Assembly (NCBI GenBank): GCA_003485765.1
Contig: DNHS01000035.1
Location: 127,745-191,744, forward strand
DNA from: Candidatus Omnitrophota bacterium
Lineage (GTDB): Bacteria > Omnitrophota > Gorgyraeia > Gorgyraeales > Gorgyraeaceae
Length of the DNA: 64,000 nt
Direction: 5' to 3'
Below are positions 10,908-21,282 of this stretch, one piece after another (positions within the stretch are counted from its first letter, which is position 1; each line of letters starts with the position of its first letter). A model generated the notes under the pieces. The model searched no databases. It was given only the letters and a program-made list of their open reading frames with translations, and was not told where the DNA came from. A program made the position numbers and the translations under genes.

Positions 10908-11760
10908 AAAGGGCTTGATGAAATACAATCTTGACAAACAGAGAAAAAGGTATGATGCGTTGTATCTTTCAAAGGATACTACATGTTTATATGACGAGTA
11001 TTTAGATGAGCCTTTTTTTGAAATAGCTAATTCTAAATATTTTTTTCCAAAATTGTTTAAGAATATAAACGATAAGATTGTTTTAGATATTGGTTGTGGT
11101 GGAGGTAATATGGGGTCCAAAATAAGCCATAAGACAAAATACATGGTAAATATGGACGTATCTTTTAATGCTCTTTTATATGCACGAAAAAGGATTGCAA
11201 ATGAAAAGGCCAAATATGTGCATGGAGACATGCTTAGATTGCCATTTAAGGAAACAAGTTTCGATACAGTTCTTTGCTATGCCTCGCTGCATCATATAGA
11301 AGATGTGGCTATGGTAGCTAAAGAAGCTATGCGAGTATTAAAGAATAAAGGTAAATTTTTATGTTTTGAGCCAACTGAACGTTATCCATGGGTTTATTTT
11401 TGGTTGGATTTATTTATGATACCAAAGTCCTTAGCCGTATTTTTAAAAAATATTTATGTGAAGTTGCAACATAGATTTGCTAAACAACGCAAATTTTATA
11501 ATGTATTAAAAAAAATACCGCACAATTCTGGCGTACATTTTTTTAAACTACCATCTCAGTATAAAGAGATACTTGTAAAAAATGGAGTTAAGGATGTAAA
11601 AGTAGAGACAGTTTTTCTTGAATTTTTGCCCCCGCGTTATTTTATGAGCAAAAATAAAATTATTGTAGAATGGATAATTAAACTATCACATTTATTTCAT
11701 AAATTGAGGATTGCTAAAGAAAGAGGAAGGTTTATAATTATCGAGGTAACTAAATCTTAA
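10870..11760 (+). CDS. class I SAM-dependent methyltransferase
   Basis: Motif I VLDIGCGGGNMG and post-I acidic residue. Confidence 0.7.
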   Translation: MLNKRFFVMSIYRKGLMKYNLDKQRKRYDALYLSKDTTCLYDEYLDEPFFEIANSKYFFPKLFKNINDKIVLDIGCGGGNMGSKISHKTKYMVNMDVSFNALLYARKRIANEKAKYVHGDMLRLPFKETSFDTVLCYASLHHIEDVAMVAKEAMRVLKNKGKFLCFEPTERYPWVYFWLDLFMIPKSLAVFLKNIYVKLQHRFAKQRKFYNVLKKIPHNSGVHFFKLPSQYKEILVKNGVKDVKVETVFLEFLPPRYFMSKNKIIVEWIIKLSHLFHKLRIAKERGRFIIIEVTKS

Positions 11761-11778
11761 GTTATACAGTGGGGCGAT

Positions 11779-12414
11779 ATGGTAAAAATATTTTATAGAA
11801 ATTTGTTGAAATTTTTTTTAAGGCTTTATGATTTTGCTTATCAAAAGATAAATAGCGTAGCTATTAGATATTATGGAATGCATCCAAAACATAAATTTAA
11901 TGATTTTCATAAATTTTTTATAGATCGCATACCCAATGACGCAAGGGTTCTTGATATTGGCTGCAGCCGCGGTGAATTAACAGTTGACCTGGCAACCAAG
12001 GCATCTTATGTGGCTGCATATGATATTTCGGAAGAGGCTATAAAATCAGCAATAAAAAATCGTTCACGGCAAAATATAAATTATTTTGTAGGTGAAGCTA
12101 CGAACAATATGCCTCAGGAACAATTTGATATAGCTGTTTGTTCGAATGTACTTGAACATTTGGAAGATTCTGATGTTTTTCTGAAAAAACTAAATGCTAT
12201 TGCGAAAAAGGTTCTTATACGGGTTCCTAACTTTGATAATAATTGGATTCTGGGAGTGAAAAAAGATCTGAAGATGGAATATTTTTTGGATCCGCAGCAT
12301 CGAAGAGAGTATGTGGTTGATTCTATAAAAAAGGAATTGAATAATACGGGCTGGATAATAGAATCTATGGAAGCATCGACTGAAATAAGGATTATGGCAG
12401 GAAGAAAGAGCTAA
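11779..12414 (+). CDS. class I SAM-dependent methyltransferase
   Basis: Motif I VLDIGCSRGELT. Confidence 0.7.
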   Translation: MVKIFYRNLLKFFLRLYDFAYQKINSVAIRYYGMHPKHKFNDFHKFFIDRIPNDARVLDIGCSRGELTVDLATKASYVAAYDISEEAIKSAIKNRSRQNINYFVGEATNNMPQEQFDIAVCSNVLEHLEDSDVFLKKLNAIAKKVLIRVPNFDNNWILGVKKDLKMEYFLDPQHRREYVVDSIKKELNNTGWIIESMEASTEIRIMAGRKS

Positions 12415-12418
12415 TTTT

Positions 12419-13912
12419 ATGCAAAATAATGTATCTAGAGAAGTATTTTTAAGTACTATCTACAACTATATAGGCACAATAGCAGGATATATCATATCTT
12501 TCTTTACCCTGTTCTATCTTACAAAAAGCTTAACTATTGCGCAATTTGGACACTGCAGTCTTATCTTAAATACACAGACGTTCTTTTTTCTTATCCTAAG
12601 TTTTGGGTTGCCGTCGGTTATCTTAAGATATGTATCTGAATATTTGGTAAAGCATGATTATAGAACTGTCAGAAAGATCATGTGGTCGAGCATGGGGATA
12701 ATAATGTTCTTTGGCGTGTTAGTTTCTATTATCATGGCTATATTAGCCAGGAAATTTCCGGGCACTGTAAATAGGTTTTTTTTATCTCAATACTTATTTT
12801 TAGCTGTTGTTCTGGGTATGCTAAGAGCAGAAGTTCGTATATGCGAGGCTGCCTTTTTCGCATTTCTAAAACAAGGGTACAAAATATTTTTTAATGTGTT
12901 AGGCGCGCTGCTGACTTTATTTCTTTTTGTTTTCTCAATAAAGCTTGGATTTGGCCTATTGGGGATTATCTTAAGCATAGCCGTTGTGGATCTTTTTTTA
13001 GTCGTGGCATATATTTTAAGAATAGAATTGTATACGCGCGGCAAAATTTCTATTCCGTCAAAAATTGATCTAAATAGATATTTTACTTATGGAATTAAAG
13101 AATATGCTACTAAGGTGCTATCTTTTTTTTGGGATTCCAAGATAGACGGATATATTATTACATTTTATTTAGGGGCATCATTGACTGGAATATTTTATTT
13201 TGCTGTAACTGCCGCAACTACTCTTGCGGAGTCTATGCCTAGCTCTCTTATGCAATCATTGAGCCAGTCCGTATTTACACGGCAGTATGTAAAATATGAA
13301 AATCAAAAAGAGTTAGCTTATCTATTTAGTCTTATAAATAAGCTTAAGGCATTTTTTGTTTTTCCTGTTTTTCTTAGTTTTCTTTTAGTGATAGATAAAA
13401 TAGTTATCATTTTTTTTAATAAATACACAGAGTCTATTTTAATATTTCAGATACTTTTAATTTTTATGATATTTTATATTTTTGCGATGCCTCTAAGAAG
13501 TATAGTCGCGGTACTTGAAAGAAACGAAATATTACTATGGGGAAGCGCTGTTATCTTGTATAAAATCCCGATGACGATATTTTTAACAAAAAACTATGGC
13601 CTTATAGGCACTGCTTTTGCGGTAGGAACATCTTTTTTGTTATATTTTGTAGTACAATTTTTTTTAACCAGACGCGTTATAACGATAGTATATCCATGGA
13701 AAGCTTTTTATAAAATATTTCTAAATAGCTTGGTAGTATGTATTCCGATATTATTCATTAAGCCATTTGTAAAAGATATGATATCTGTATTAATTTTAAT
13801 TCTTATTTCAGTCGCTGTCTATTTAGGTATTTCGTTTCTGCATAAACCATTTGACGATTATGATCGTCAAATGCTAAATAAACCATTCAAGAGGATTCTA
13901 TTCAACTTTTAA
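12419..13912 (+). CDS. Wzx-type polysaccharide flippase (MOP superfamily)
   Basis: About 500 aa, 12-14 TM helices, typical polysaccharide-biosynthesis-protein layout. Confidence 0.65.
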   Translation: MQNNVSREVFLSTIYNYIGTIAGYIISFFTLFYLTKSLTIAQFGHCSLILNTQTFFFLILSFGLPSVILRYVSEYLVKHDYRTVRKIMWSSMGIIMFFGVLVSIIMAILARKFPGTVNRFFLSQYLFLAVVLGMLRAEVRICEAAFFAFLKQGYKIFFNVLGALLTLFLFVFSIKLGFGLLGIILSIAVVDLFLVVAYILRIELYTRGKISIPSKIDLNRYFTYGIKEYATKVLSFFWDSKIDGYIITFYLGASLTGIFYFAVTAATTLAESMPSSLMQSLSQSVFTRQYVKYENQKELAYLFSLINKLKAFFVFPVFLSFLLVIDKIVIIFFNKYTESILIFQILLIFMIFYIFAMPLRSIVAVLERNEILLWGSAVILYKIPMTIFLTKNYGLIGTAFAVGTSFLLYFVVQFFLTRRVITIVYPWKAFYKIFLNSLVVCIPILFIKPFVKDMISVLILILISVAVYLGISFLHKPFDDYDRQMLNKPFKRILFNF

Positions 13913-13925
13913 TTATTGAGGTAGA

Positions 13926-14516
13926 ATGTTTAAATCGTTTGTAAAAACTGTAATGGCGTATTGCTATCCTGTATTGGCCAGGATTTCGGGGCATTGTTCG
14001 TGGAGCACTAAAACATTTGGTTCTTACATAAGCCCTTTTTGGCATGTAAATATAGGAACAAATACAATAGTTGCTCCTAGGGCAATCTTGCGCGCAGGGA
14101 TGAAAACTAATATTAAAATAGGAAAATCTTGCTATGTGCATCCTTATGCTATGTTGCTTTGCTATAACGGTAATATAGAGTTAGGCGATTTCGTCAGCAT
14201 AAATTCGTTTTGTATGTTATATGGGCATGGAGAGCTAATTATAGGAAATAATGTCCGGATAGCCGCCGGAACAATTATTGCCCCGGTAAATCATGTTTTT
14301 TCAGACCCAAATAAGCCGATACGTCAACAAGGAATAATTACAAAGGGGATTATTATAAAGGATGATGTATGGATAGGGGCTAACTCTACCATATTGGATG
14401 GAGTAACAATTGGCAGGGGCTCTGTAATAGGAGCAGGTAGCGTGGTTACAGCAACTATAGAACCATACTCAATAGCTGTGGGAGTGCCCTGTAAAGTAGT
14501 TAAAAAAAGAGAATAA
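13926..14516 (+). CDS. hexapeptide-repeat (left-handed beta-helix) sugar O-acetyltransferase
   Basis: Repeated [LIV]G-x4 hexapeptides (WIGANSTILDGVTIGRGSVIGAGSVV). Confidence 0.75.
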   Translation: MFKSFVKTVMAYCYPVLARISGHCSWSTKTFGSYISPFWHVNIGTNTIVAPRAILRAGMKTNIKIGKSCYVHPYAMLLCYNGNIELGDFVSINSFCMLYGHGELIIGNNVRIAAGTIIAPVNHVFSDPNKPIRQQGIITKGIIIKDDVWIGANSTILDGVTIGRGSVIGAGSVVTATIEPYSIAVGVPCKVVKKRE

Positions 14517-14561
14517 AGACTGATTAAATTATATGATAAAAAATGATGAGACAATCTTGAC

Positions 14562-15437
14562 ATGGAGAGATGCGTATTGTTGTCAGCCTGTCTGCCTAAA
14601 AAGACCTCATCTGGAAGTGTAAGTGTGGATAATAACCTAAAAACAGTTTTTGTTCGTTGCGAAGGCGTGCGAATAGTTTATTACAAGATTAATGCTCTCG
14701 GGATGTTGGATTTTTGGGATAAGCACTGGGAAGATAGTGTTTACAATGTTTCAAAAGAATATTATCGGCCGTATCTTAAGGGTTTTTTAGGCTATGGCAG
14801 AGTGCAAGATGTTTTTAATAAGTTTTTACCTAGAAAAGGATTGATCCTTGAAGCAGGTTGTGGTACGGGGAGATATGTGATATCTCTGCGTGCCAGAGGC
14901 TATAATTGCTTTGGGGTAGATTCTGCGTCAAAAACAGTTCAGAAGATAAAAGATTATTTTCCAGATTTGCCTGTTGAGGTGGGAGATATATGCAAATTAA
15001 ATTTAAAAGATGAAAGTATCGACGCTTATATTTCGTTAGGGGTTATGGAGCATTTTAAGGAAGGGCCTTACACTGCGATAAAAGAGGCGTGCAGGGTATT
15101 GAAGAAAAAGGGAATAATACTTGTAAGCGTTCCGCAGATATTTCTTTGGAGAAAACTACAAGCGCATCCGGAAGGTACACCCTTGCCGGAAAACGCGTCT
15201 TTTTATCAATATGCGTTTTCTGTGGATGAATTTAGGTCAAATTTACTCAACGCGGGATTCAGGATAAAAGGTGAATATGGGTACTATTCGCATTATGCAT
15301 TTACGCTTAGATTCAACTTTTTTAGAAAAGCGCTGAAGATATTTAGAAAATTGGCGCTTTTAGATTTAATAATCGATAGGATGCCGGTAGGGAAAAATAT
15401 TTCCCGCATGAGACTTTATGTCGCCGAAAAAATTTAA
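14562..15437 (+). CDS. class I SAM-dependent methyltransferase
   Basis: Motif I ILEAGCGTGRYV. Confidence 0.7.
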   Translation: MERCVLLSACLPKKTSSGSVSVDNNLKTVFVRCEGVRIVYYKINALGMLDFWDKHWEDSVYNVSKEYYRPYLKGFLGYGRVQDVFNKFLPRKGLILEAGCGTGRYVISLRARGYNCFGVDSASKTVQKIKDYFPDLPVEVGDICKLNLKDESIDAYISLGVMEHFKEGPYTAIKEACRVLKKKGIILVSVPQIFLWRKLQAHPEGTPLPENASFYQYAFSVDEFRSNLLNAGFRIKGEYGYYSHYAFTLRFNFFRKALKIFRKLALLDLIIDRMPVGKNISRMRLYVAEKI

Positions 15438-15559
15438 AGAGTTATGTTTAAAAATATCAAAGTTCTTATAATGGATATTTATATTATTTTTTTAAAGTTC
15501 CAGTAGACCTTCTTTTAAAATTGCTGGCTGAAATATGATGAGCTACCTCATAAGATAAT

Positions 15560-16810
15560 ATGATACAAGATTATGATATTGTATGTATATCCACGTCTGA
15601 TTGGGAACAGCCATGGGGCAGCCGACAACAGATAATGACCAGGCTTTCTTCTGAAAATAGAGTATTATTTGTTGAATATCAGTCGTCATTTTTGCATTTT
15701 TTAAAATATCCAAATTTATACATTCGCCCGCCAAAGAAACCAATAGCGGGCTCAGTATTCCGCCCAAGGAACCCTGGGCTTAAGCCCTGGTGGGCTCCAT
15801 TTTCTAAAATTTTTACTCGTAGAATAAGAAATATAAAAGATAATCTGGTAGTCTATAAGCCTCTAGTTAATCTGCCATTTCGGTATCACAGTAAAATTAT
15901 CAACATATTGAATCAAAGATTTCTTCTATTCCAATTAAGGCGACTCGTTAAAAATCTTAAATTTTATAAAATTTTATTGTGGATATTTGAACCTTCTGCT
16001 TATTTTTTAGTCAATAGATTAGGAGAAAAGATATCCATATATCAATGTATAGATTTTTTTAAAAATGAAAAAAAATCATATTTGCGCAAAAAATGCATTG
16101 AGGCTATGGAAAATAAACTGTGCGAAGACTGTGATATTGTATTTGTTTCAACAAATGAGCTTCTGCTAGATAAGCTAAATTTAAATAAAGAAACATATCT
16201 TGTTCCAAGCGCCGTGGATGAATCTTTTTTTAATATTAATAAGAGTTTATCAAAATTTACCATACCTGGAATAATAAACAATAACCTATATCCAAAGATA
16301 GGATTTGTTGGCACATTAGATGGTAGGATAGATTATGAATTAATAAATTTTATAGCAGAAGCACATTACGATTGGACGATAGTGTTGCTAGGATTAGTAA
16401 TTGACAGAAGATATGCTAAATGCCTGAATAAAAGGAAAAATATACAAATGCTTGGATGGATAGATAACAATTTGCTCCCGCTTTATATAAATTCATTTGA
16501 TATTGGGATCGCTCCATATAAAATCAATGAGTTTACCAAAGGCATTTCCCCTATTAAAGTATTTGAGTATCTGGCATTGGCTAAACCTGTTGTGTCTACT
16601 AGGATACCATCTTTAGAAAAATATGAGGATGTGATTTGTATAGCAGATAACAAAGAAGATTTTATTAGAGGCATTGAAATATTATTAAAAGATAAAGGGA
16701 AAGAATCATCATGCAAAAGATTGAAATTAGCGCAGGAGAATACTTGGAGCAGGAGAGTGGATGTTATTTCTGAAGTTATAGAAAAACACTTGAATAATAG
16801 TTACAATTAA
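15560..16810 (+). CDS. glycosyltransferase (GT-B-like), paralogue of the N-terminal domain of 16859-18700
   Basis: N-terminus DIVCISTSDWEQPWGSRQQIM parallels ICISSIDWDFVWQGHQEIM of the next gene. C-terminal GT1-type lobe. Confidence 0.5.
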   Translation: MIQDYDIVCISTSDWEQPWGSRQQIMTRLSSENRVLFVEYQSSFLHFLKYPNLYIRPPKKPIAGSVFRPRNPGLKPWWAPFSKIFTRRIRNIKDNLVVYKPLVNLPFRYHSKIINILNQRFLLFQLRRLVKNLKFYKILLWIFEPSAYFLVNRLGEKISIYQCIDFFKNEKKSYLRKKCIEAMENKLCEDCDIVFVSTNELLLDKLNLNKETYLVPSAVDESFFNINKSLSKFTIPGIINNNLYPKIGFVGTLDGRIDYELINFIAEAHYDWTIVLLGLVIDRRYAKCLNKRKNIQMLGWIDNNLLPLYINSFDIGIAPYKINEFTKGISPIKVFEYLALAKPVVSTRIPSLEKYEDVICIADNKEDFIRGIEILLKDKGKESSCKRLKLAQENTWSRRVDVISEVIEKHLNNSYN

Positions 16811-16858
16811 TTATGAAAGTATTTATAGGTTGTTTATTTTAGCGCAGGATAGCAGAAA

Positions 16859-18700
16859 ATGATTAAAAACGAAAATATAATATGTATCTCTTCTATAGAT
16901 TGGGATTTTGTATGGCAGGGGCATCAGGAGATAATGGCTACTTTTGCCAGAAATGGCAATCGGGTGCTATTTATTGAAAATACAGGTGTGCGTTTTCCAA
17001 GAATACGAGATATATCTCGCTTAAAAAATAGAATTAAAAACTGGTTTAAAGGAGTAAAAGGCATAAGGAAGGAAATGGAGAATTTGTATGTTTATTCTCC
17101 AGTCGTGTTACCTTTTCCATATTCTAGAATAGTAAGATGGGTAAACAAATATCTAATGCTGCGAATTATAGAAAAATGGATGAAAATCATGGAATTTAAT
17201 GCGCCTATTGTATGGACATTTTTGCCTACAGGGCTGGCATTAGATCTGTTGAATAATTTAAGCAAGAAATTAGTTGTTTACTATTGTATCGCTGATTTTG
17301 AAAAATTAGTGTCAAATCCTAATAAGATTAAAAAAACAGAGAGGGATGTTATAAAAAAATCCGATCTTATATTTGTGCAAGGCGAATTACTTAAGAGGCG
17401 TTGTGAAAAATACAATTCCAAGGTATTAGTCTTCCCATTCGGCGTTAACATAGATGTATTTAATAAAGAGAATTCCTCCTTGTCGGTGCCATCTGATATA
17501 AGCCATATAGAAGGGGCGCTCATAGGTTATATAGGTGGTATTCATAAACATGTAGATTTTCAATTGATAAAATTTATCGCTGACAAGAATCCTCAATGGA
17601 CGTTAGTATTTATCGGGCCTATACAACGGGATATTTCAGAACTTGAAAATTTAAAAAACATTGTTTTTTTAAATTTTAAAGAACACAAAGAGCTCGCAAA
17701 ATATATAACTAGGTTTGATGCATGCTTAATCCCTTACTTGCTGAATGAATACACTGAGACAGTTTATCCTACAAAACTAAATGAATATCTTTCTATGGCA
17801 AAACCAGTTGTTTCTACTGCTTTGCCGGAGATAGAAGCCTTTAATAAGAAACACGATAGAATTATTTATGTTGGCAAAGACAAAGAAACATTCGAAGTAT
17901 GTATAAAAGAGGCTTTGCATGAAAACAATCCTTACTTACAAAAAAAGCGCGTTGAAGCAGCGAAGGAAAATAGCTGGAAGATGCGTATTGAAAATATGAG
18001 CTCTCTGATTGAAATAGAAATAGAAAGGAAAAGATTAGATATAGAAGTTAAATGGAGGGAGAATCTAATTAGTTTCTATAGAATAGCAAGAAGAAAAATT
18101 TTACGGTTTAGCGCGATTTGTGTTATTACATATCTTTTATTGCTTAAGACATATTTTATTTGGTTTTTAGCATCCCCTTTAAAGATTTTTGAAAAACCGC
18201 AGAAAGCAGATGCAATAGTAGTATTTGGTGGCGGTGTAGGTGAAACAGGAAGCCCTGGCAAGAGTACCATAGAAAGAGCCCGTTATGCAGTGGAGCTGTA
18301 TAAGCAGGGTTATTCTAATAAAATACTGTTTTCATCAGGATATGTTTATGTTTATAATGATGCGGACAATATGAAACTTTTTGCCATTTCTATGGGAATA
18401 CTTGAAAAAGATATTATTCTGGAAGAGAAAGCGAACAGTTCTTATGAAAATGTTATATTTTCTAAAAAAATATTGGACAAAAATAAATGGCGTTCCATTT
18501 TATTGGTATCTTCGCCATACAATATGCGCAGGGCAGAACTGGTATTTAATAAATGGGCCAAAGATATAAAGGTTACCTACACGCCAGTTGATAAAACTCA
18601 GTTTTATGACAGAACAAGTGGAGTTAAGCTTGAACAGATAAAGGCTATTCTGCATGAGTATCTGGGAATAGTTTATTATTTTATAAGAGGTTATATATAA
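16859..18700 (+). CDS. glycosyltransferase fused to a C-terminal DUF218 (YdcF/ElyC/SanA-like) domain
   Basis: Residues about 1-400 are GT-B-like. After a TM segment, the C-terminal about 180 aa (ADAIVVFGGGVGE…SSPYNMRRAELVF) match the DUF218 pattern. Confidence 0.55.
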   Translation: MIKNENIICISSIDWDFVWQGHQEIMATFARNGNRVLFIENTGVRFPRIRDISRLKNRIKNWFKGVKGIRKEMENLYVYSPVVLPFPYSRIVRWVNKYLMLRIIEKWMKIMEFNAPIVWTFLPTGLALDLLNNLSKKLVVYYCIADFEKLVSNPNKIKKTERDVIKKSDLIFVQGELLKRRCEKYNSKVLVFPFGVNIDVFNKENSSLSVPSDISHIEGALIGYIGGIHKHVDFQLIKFIADKNPQWTLVFIGPIQRDISELENLKNIVFLNFKEHKELAKYITRFDACLIPYLLNEYTETVYPTKLNEYLSMAKPVVSTALPEIEAFNKKHDRIIYVGKDKETFEVCIKEALHENNPYLQKKRVEAAKENSWKMRIENMSSLIEIEIERKRLDIEVKWRENLISFYRIARRKILRFSAICVITYLLLLKTYFIWFLASPLKIFEKPQKADAIVVFGGGVGETGSPGKSTIERARYAVELYKQGYSNKILFSSGYVYVYNDADNMKLFAISMGILEKDIILEEKANSSYENVIFSKKILDKNKWRSILLVSSPYNMRRAELVFNKWAKDIKVTYTPVDKTQFYDRTSGVKLEQIKAILHEYLGIVYYFIRGYI

Positions 18701-18703
18701 GAT

Positions 18704-20122
18704 ATGTTGTTTAATTCTTTACAATTCGCTGTGTTTTTCATAATAGTTTATAGTCTCTATTTAGTACTGAACCACAAGTGGCAGAATCGGATGCTTCTTA
18801 CAGCTAGCTGTGTTTTTTATGGCGCATGGGATTGGAGATTTTTACTTTTAATGTTTGTTTCAATAACTACTGATTATTTTTGTGCTCTCAAGATACAAGA
18901 ATCAGTTGAAGAAAAAACAAGAAAAAGATTTTTATTTTTAAGCATATTTATTAATTTGGCAATATTAGGGTTCTTTAAATATTTCAATTTTTTTGCTGTT
19001 AGCATGGATAATCTTTTTAGCCACTTTGGTTTTTCTATCCAGCCACATCTCCTGCATATAATACTTCCGGTTGGCATCTCTTTTTATACATTCCAGGCTT
19101 TGAGCTATACTATAGATGTTTATAGAAAAGAACTGGAGCCTACCAGGAATTTCAGGGATTATGCCCTTTTTGTTACATATTTCCCGCAGCTTGTAGCAGG
19201 GCCTATTATGAGGGCAAGAGATCTCCTTCCTCAAGTCCTTTCAGCCAGAAAGTTATCTTTGAAACAATTTTATGAAGGATGTTATCTTATATTTTGGGGC
19301 CTGTTTCAAAAGATCTTTATCGCAGATAACCTGGCAAAAATAGTAGATTCTGTATTTAATTCCTCAGGCCCTTATAACGCGGCTAAAGTTCTTATAGCGC
19401 TATACGCCTTTGCGTTTCAGATATATTGTGATTTTGCAGGATACTCTAATATAGCAAGAGGCATGGGTAAATGCATGGGCTTTGACATCATGATTAATTT
19501 TAATCTGCCATATTTTGCCGTTAATCCAAGTGATTTCTGGAGAAGGTGGCACATAAGTTTGTCAACGTGGCTTAGAGACTATCTTTATATACCATTAGGC
19601 GGTAACAAAAAAGGCGGGTTCCTTACTTATAGAAATCTGGCAATAACCATGCTTTTGGGAGGGTTATGGCATGGCGCTGCTTGGACTTTTGTTATTTGGG
19701 GAGCTTATCATGGCATGCTTCTTATAATACACAGATTGCTTAAACCTGTGCTTGCAAAGATACCCAGCCCTAAAAATGCTACAATAGGGAAAGCGTGGTT
19801 TTTCTTGCGCGTTGTTTTCTTTTTCCAATTAACATGCGTCGGGTGGCTGATTTTCAGGGCCAAATCCATAGGACAGATCCTGAATATGCTCGGTAGTTTT
19901 GTTTCAAACTTTAATGTCGGTTTAGACATGGGTTTCTTCAGCTTAATTCGCTTAATCTGGCTGCTAATATTAGTTCAGATTGCGCAGTTTATAAAGAATG
20001 ATCAAATGGTCGTCTATAAATCAAATATTCTGCTTAAAGCGGTATTTTATATTATCTTTTTTTATTCAATAGTTATGTATGGAGCAAGTGGTGGAAAAGA
20101 ATTCATTTATTTCCAATTCTAA
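18704..20122 (+). CDS. MBOAT-family membrane O-acyltransferase (AlgI/DltB-like)
   Basis: Polytopic, with the conserved …WRRWHISLSTWLRDYLYIPLGG… His-containing MBOAT motif. Confidence 0.85.
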   Translation: MLFNSLQFAVFFIIVYSLYLVLNHKWQNRMLLTASCVFYGAWDWRFLLLMFVSITTDYFCALKIQESVEEKTRKRFLFLSIFINLAILGFFKYFNFFAVSMDNLFSHFGFSIQPHLLHIILPVGISFYTFQALSYTIDVYRKELEPTRNFRDYALFVTYFPQLVAGPIMRARDLLPQVLSARKLSLKQFYEGCYLIFWGLFQKIFIADNLAKIVDSVFNSSGPYNAAKVLIALYAFAFQIYCDFAGYSNIARGMGKCMGFDIMINFNLPYFAVNPSDFWRRWHISLSTWLRDYLYIPLGGNKKGGFLTYRNLAITMLLGGLWHGAAWTFVIWGAYHGMLLIIHRLLKPVLAKIPSPKNATIGKAWFFLRVVFFFQLTCVGWLIFRAKSIGQILNMLGSFVSNFNVGLDMGFFSLIRLIWLLILVQIAQFIKNDQMVVYKSNILLKAVFYIIFFYSIVMYGASGGKEFIYFQF

Positions 20123-21269
20123 GAAGTTGCCCTGGGCGTTTTTTATTGCCTTATCGGTAATAATCATTCTTTATTTTACCGAGATGTTTATATTGCCGAT
20201 CAACTTTTTTACATTCAGGACATGGGAAGCATTAATGGTAAAAGAATTTCTTCCGGGTAGTTTCTATCCAAATATGAAAATATCAATGATTGAAGCTGGA
20301 GGTGATTTAGGACGACATACTAAATTTGCAGTTAAGAAAAAAGTGCAATGGGAAACTGACCGCTATGGATACAGAAAACACGATGCCGGTATAAACAGGT
20401 ATCAGATCGTTATCTTGGGAGATTCAGCTATTGCTGGAACAGGGTTGACCCAGGAAGACATGCTTTCCGAAGTATTAGAACGAAGATTGAAAATTAACGT
20501 GTATCCTTTTACCCCTTCAAGGTATCCGCTGGTAGATAGCTTTTTAAACACAAAGCGTTTCACAGATAACCCTCCGGATATAGTTATCCTTGAGAGAATC
20601 GAGAAAAAAATTCCAGAACTATCTAATATTATTCCAAATTATAACAACCAACAGAAATATTCTTGGTTAGAACAGCACTGGATATATTTTTTAGATAGAT
20701 ATCCATACTTTGCAATATTACTAGATCGAATCTGTAAAAACAATATGGGCTATTATTTTAAAAGCAGAATAGAAATTATTGCTCAGTACCCTGCCCAGTT
20801 ACTTATTAAAGCAAGTAAAAGAGAATATAATCCGCCTGGCGCTGTACAAAGTATAGTGAATGACAAGATGCTTTTCTTGAAAGAGACAGTTGATAAGATG
20901 GAAACTGACAGAGGGATTTCTGAAGAAGAAATAGAGAGAATAGCGGAAGTTATAGCTTCTTATGCCAGAGTATTCAAGGAAAAAGGTATTCGTTTTATAT
21001 TTCTACCAATACCTAACAAAGAAAATATTTATTATGAACATTTGCCGATTAAAAATAGAACAAAACCGAAATTCTTAGAAAGGCTGATTCTGAAATTACA
21101 GAAAAAAGGCATAGAAGTAATCGATACGCAAAAGGCTTTTGATGAAGCATTTCGCCAAAGTAATACCTTGCTTTACCAAACAGATGACACGCACTGGAAT
21201 TCAAACGGCGTTAGGGTAACAGCGAATTTGATTGAAAAGTTATTACAGAGAGGCTTAACAAAATTTTAG
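20079..21269 (+). CDS. AlgJ/AlgX/DltD-like SGNH-fold O-acetylation partner
   Basis: N-terminal signal anchor, GDS(A) motif (ILGDSAIAG) and the C-terminal DDTHWNSNG motif seen in AlgJ/AlgX. Start overlaps the MBOAT 3' end. Confidence 0.6.
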   Translation: MEQVVEKNSFISNSKKLPWAFFIALSVIIILYFTEMFILPINFFTFRTWEALMVKEFLPGSFYPNMKISMIEAGGDLGRHTKFAVKKKVQWETDRYGYRKHDAGINRYQIVILGDSAIAGTGLTQEDMLSEVLERRLKINVYPFTPSRYPLVDSFLNTKRFTDNPPDIVILERIEKKIPELSNIIPNYNNQQKYSWLEQHWIYFLDRYPYFAILLDRICKNNMGYYFKSRIEIIAQYPAQLLIKASKREYNPPGAVQSIVNDKMLFLKETVDKMETDRGISEEEIERIAEVIASYARVFKEKGIRFIFLPIPNKENIYYEHLPIKNRTKPKFLERLILKLQKKGIEVIDTQKAFDEAFRQSNTLLYQTDDTHWNSNGVRVTANLIEKLLQRGLTKF

Positions 21270-21282
21270 AATAGAGAATGCT

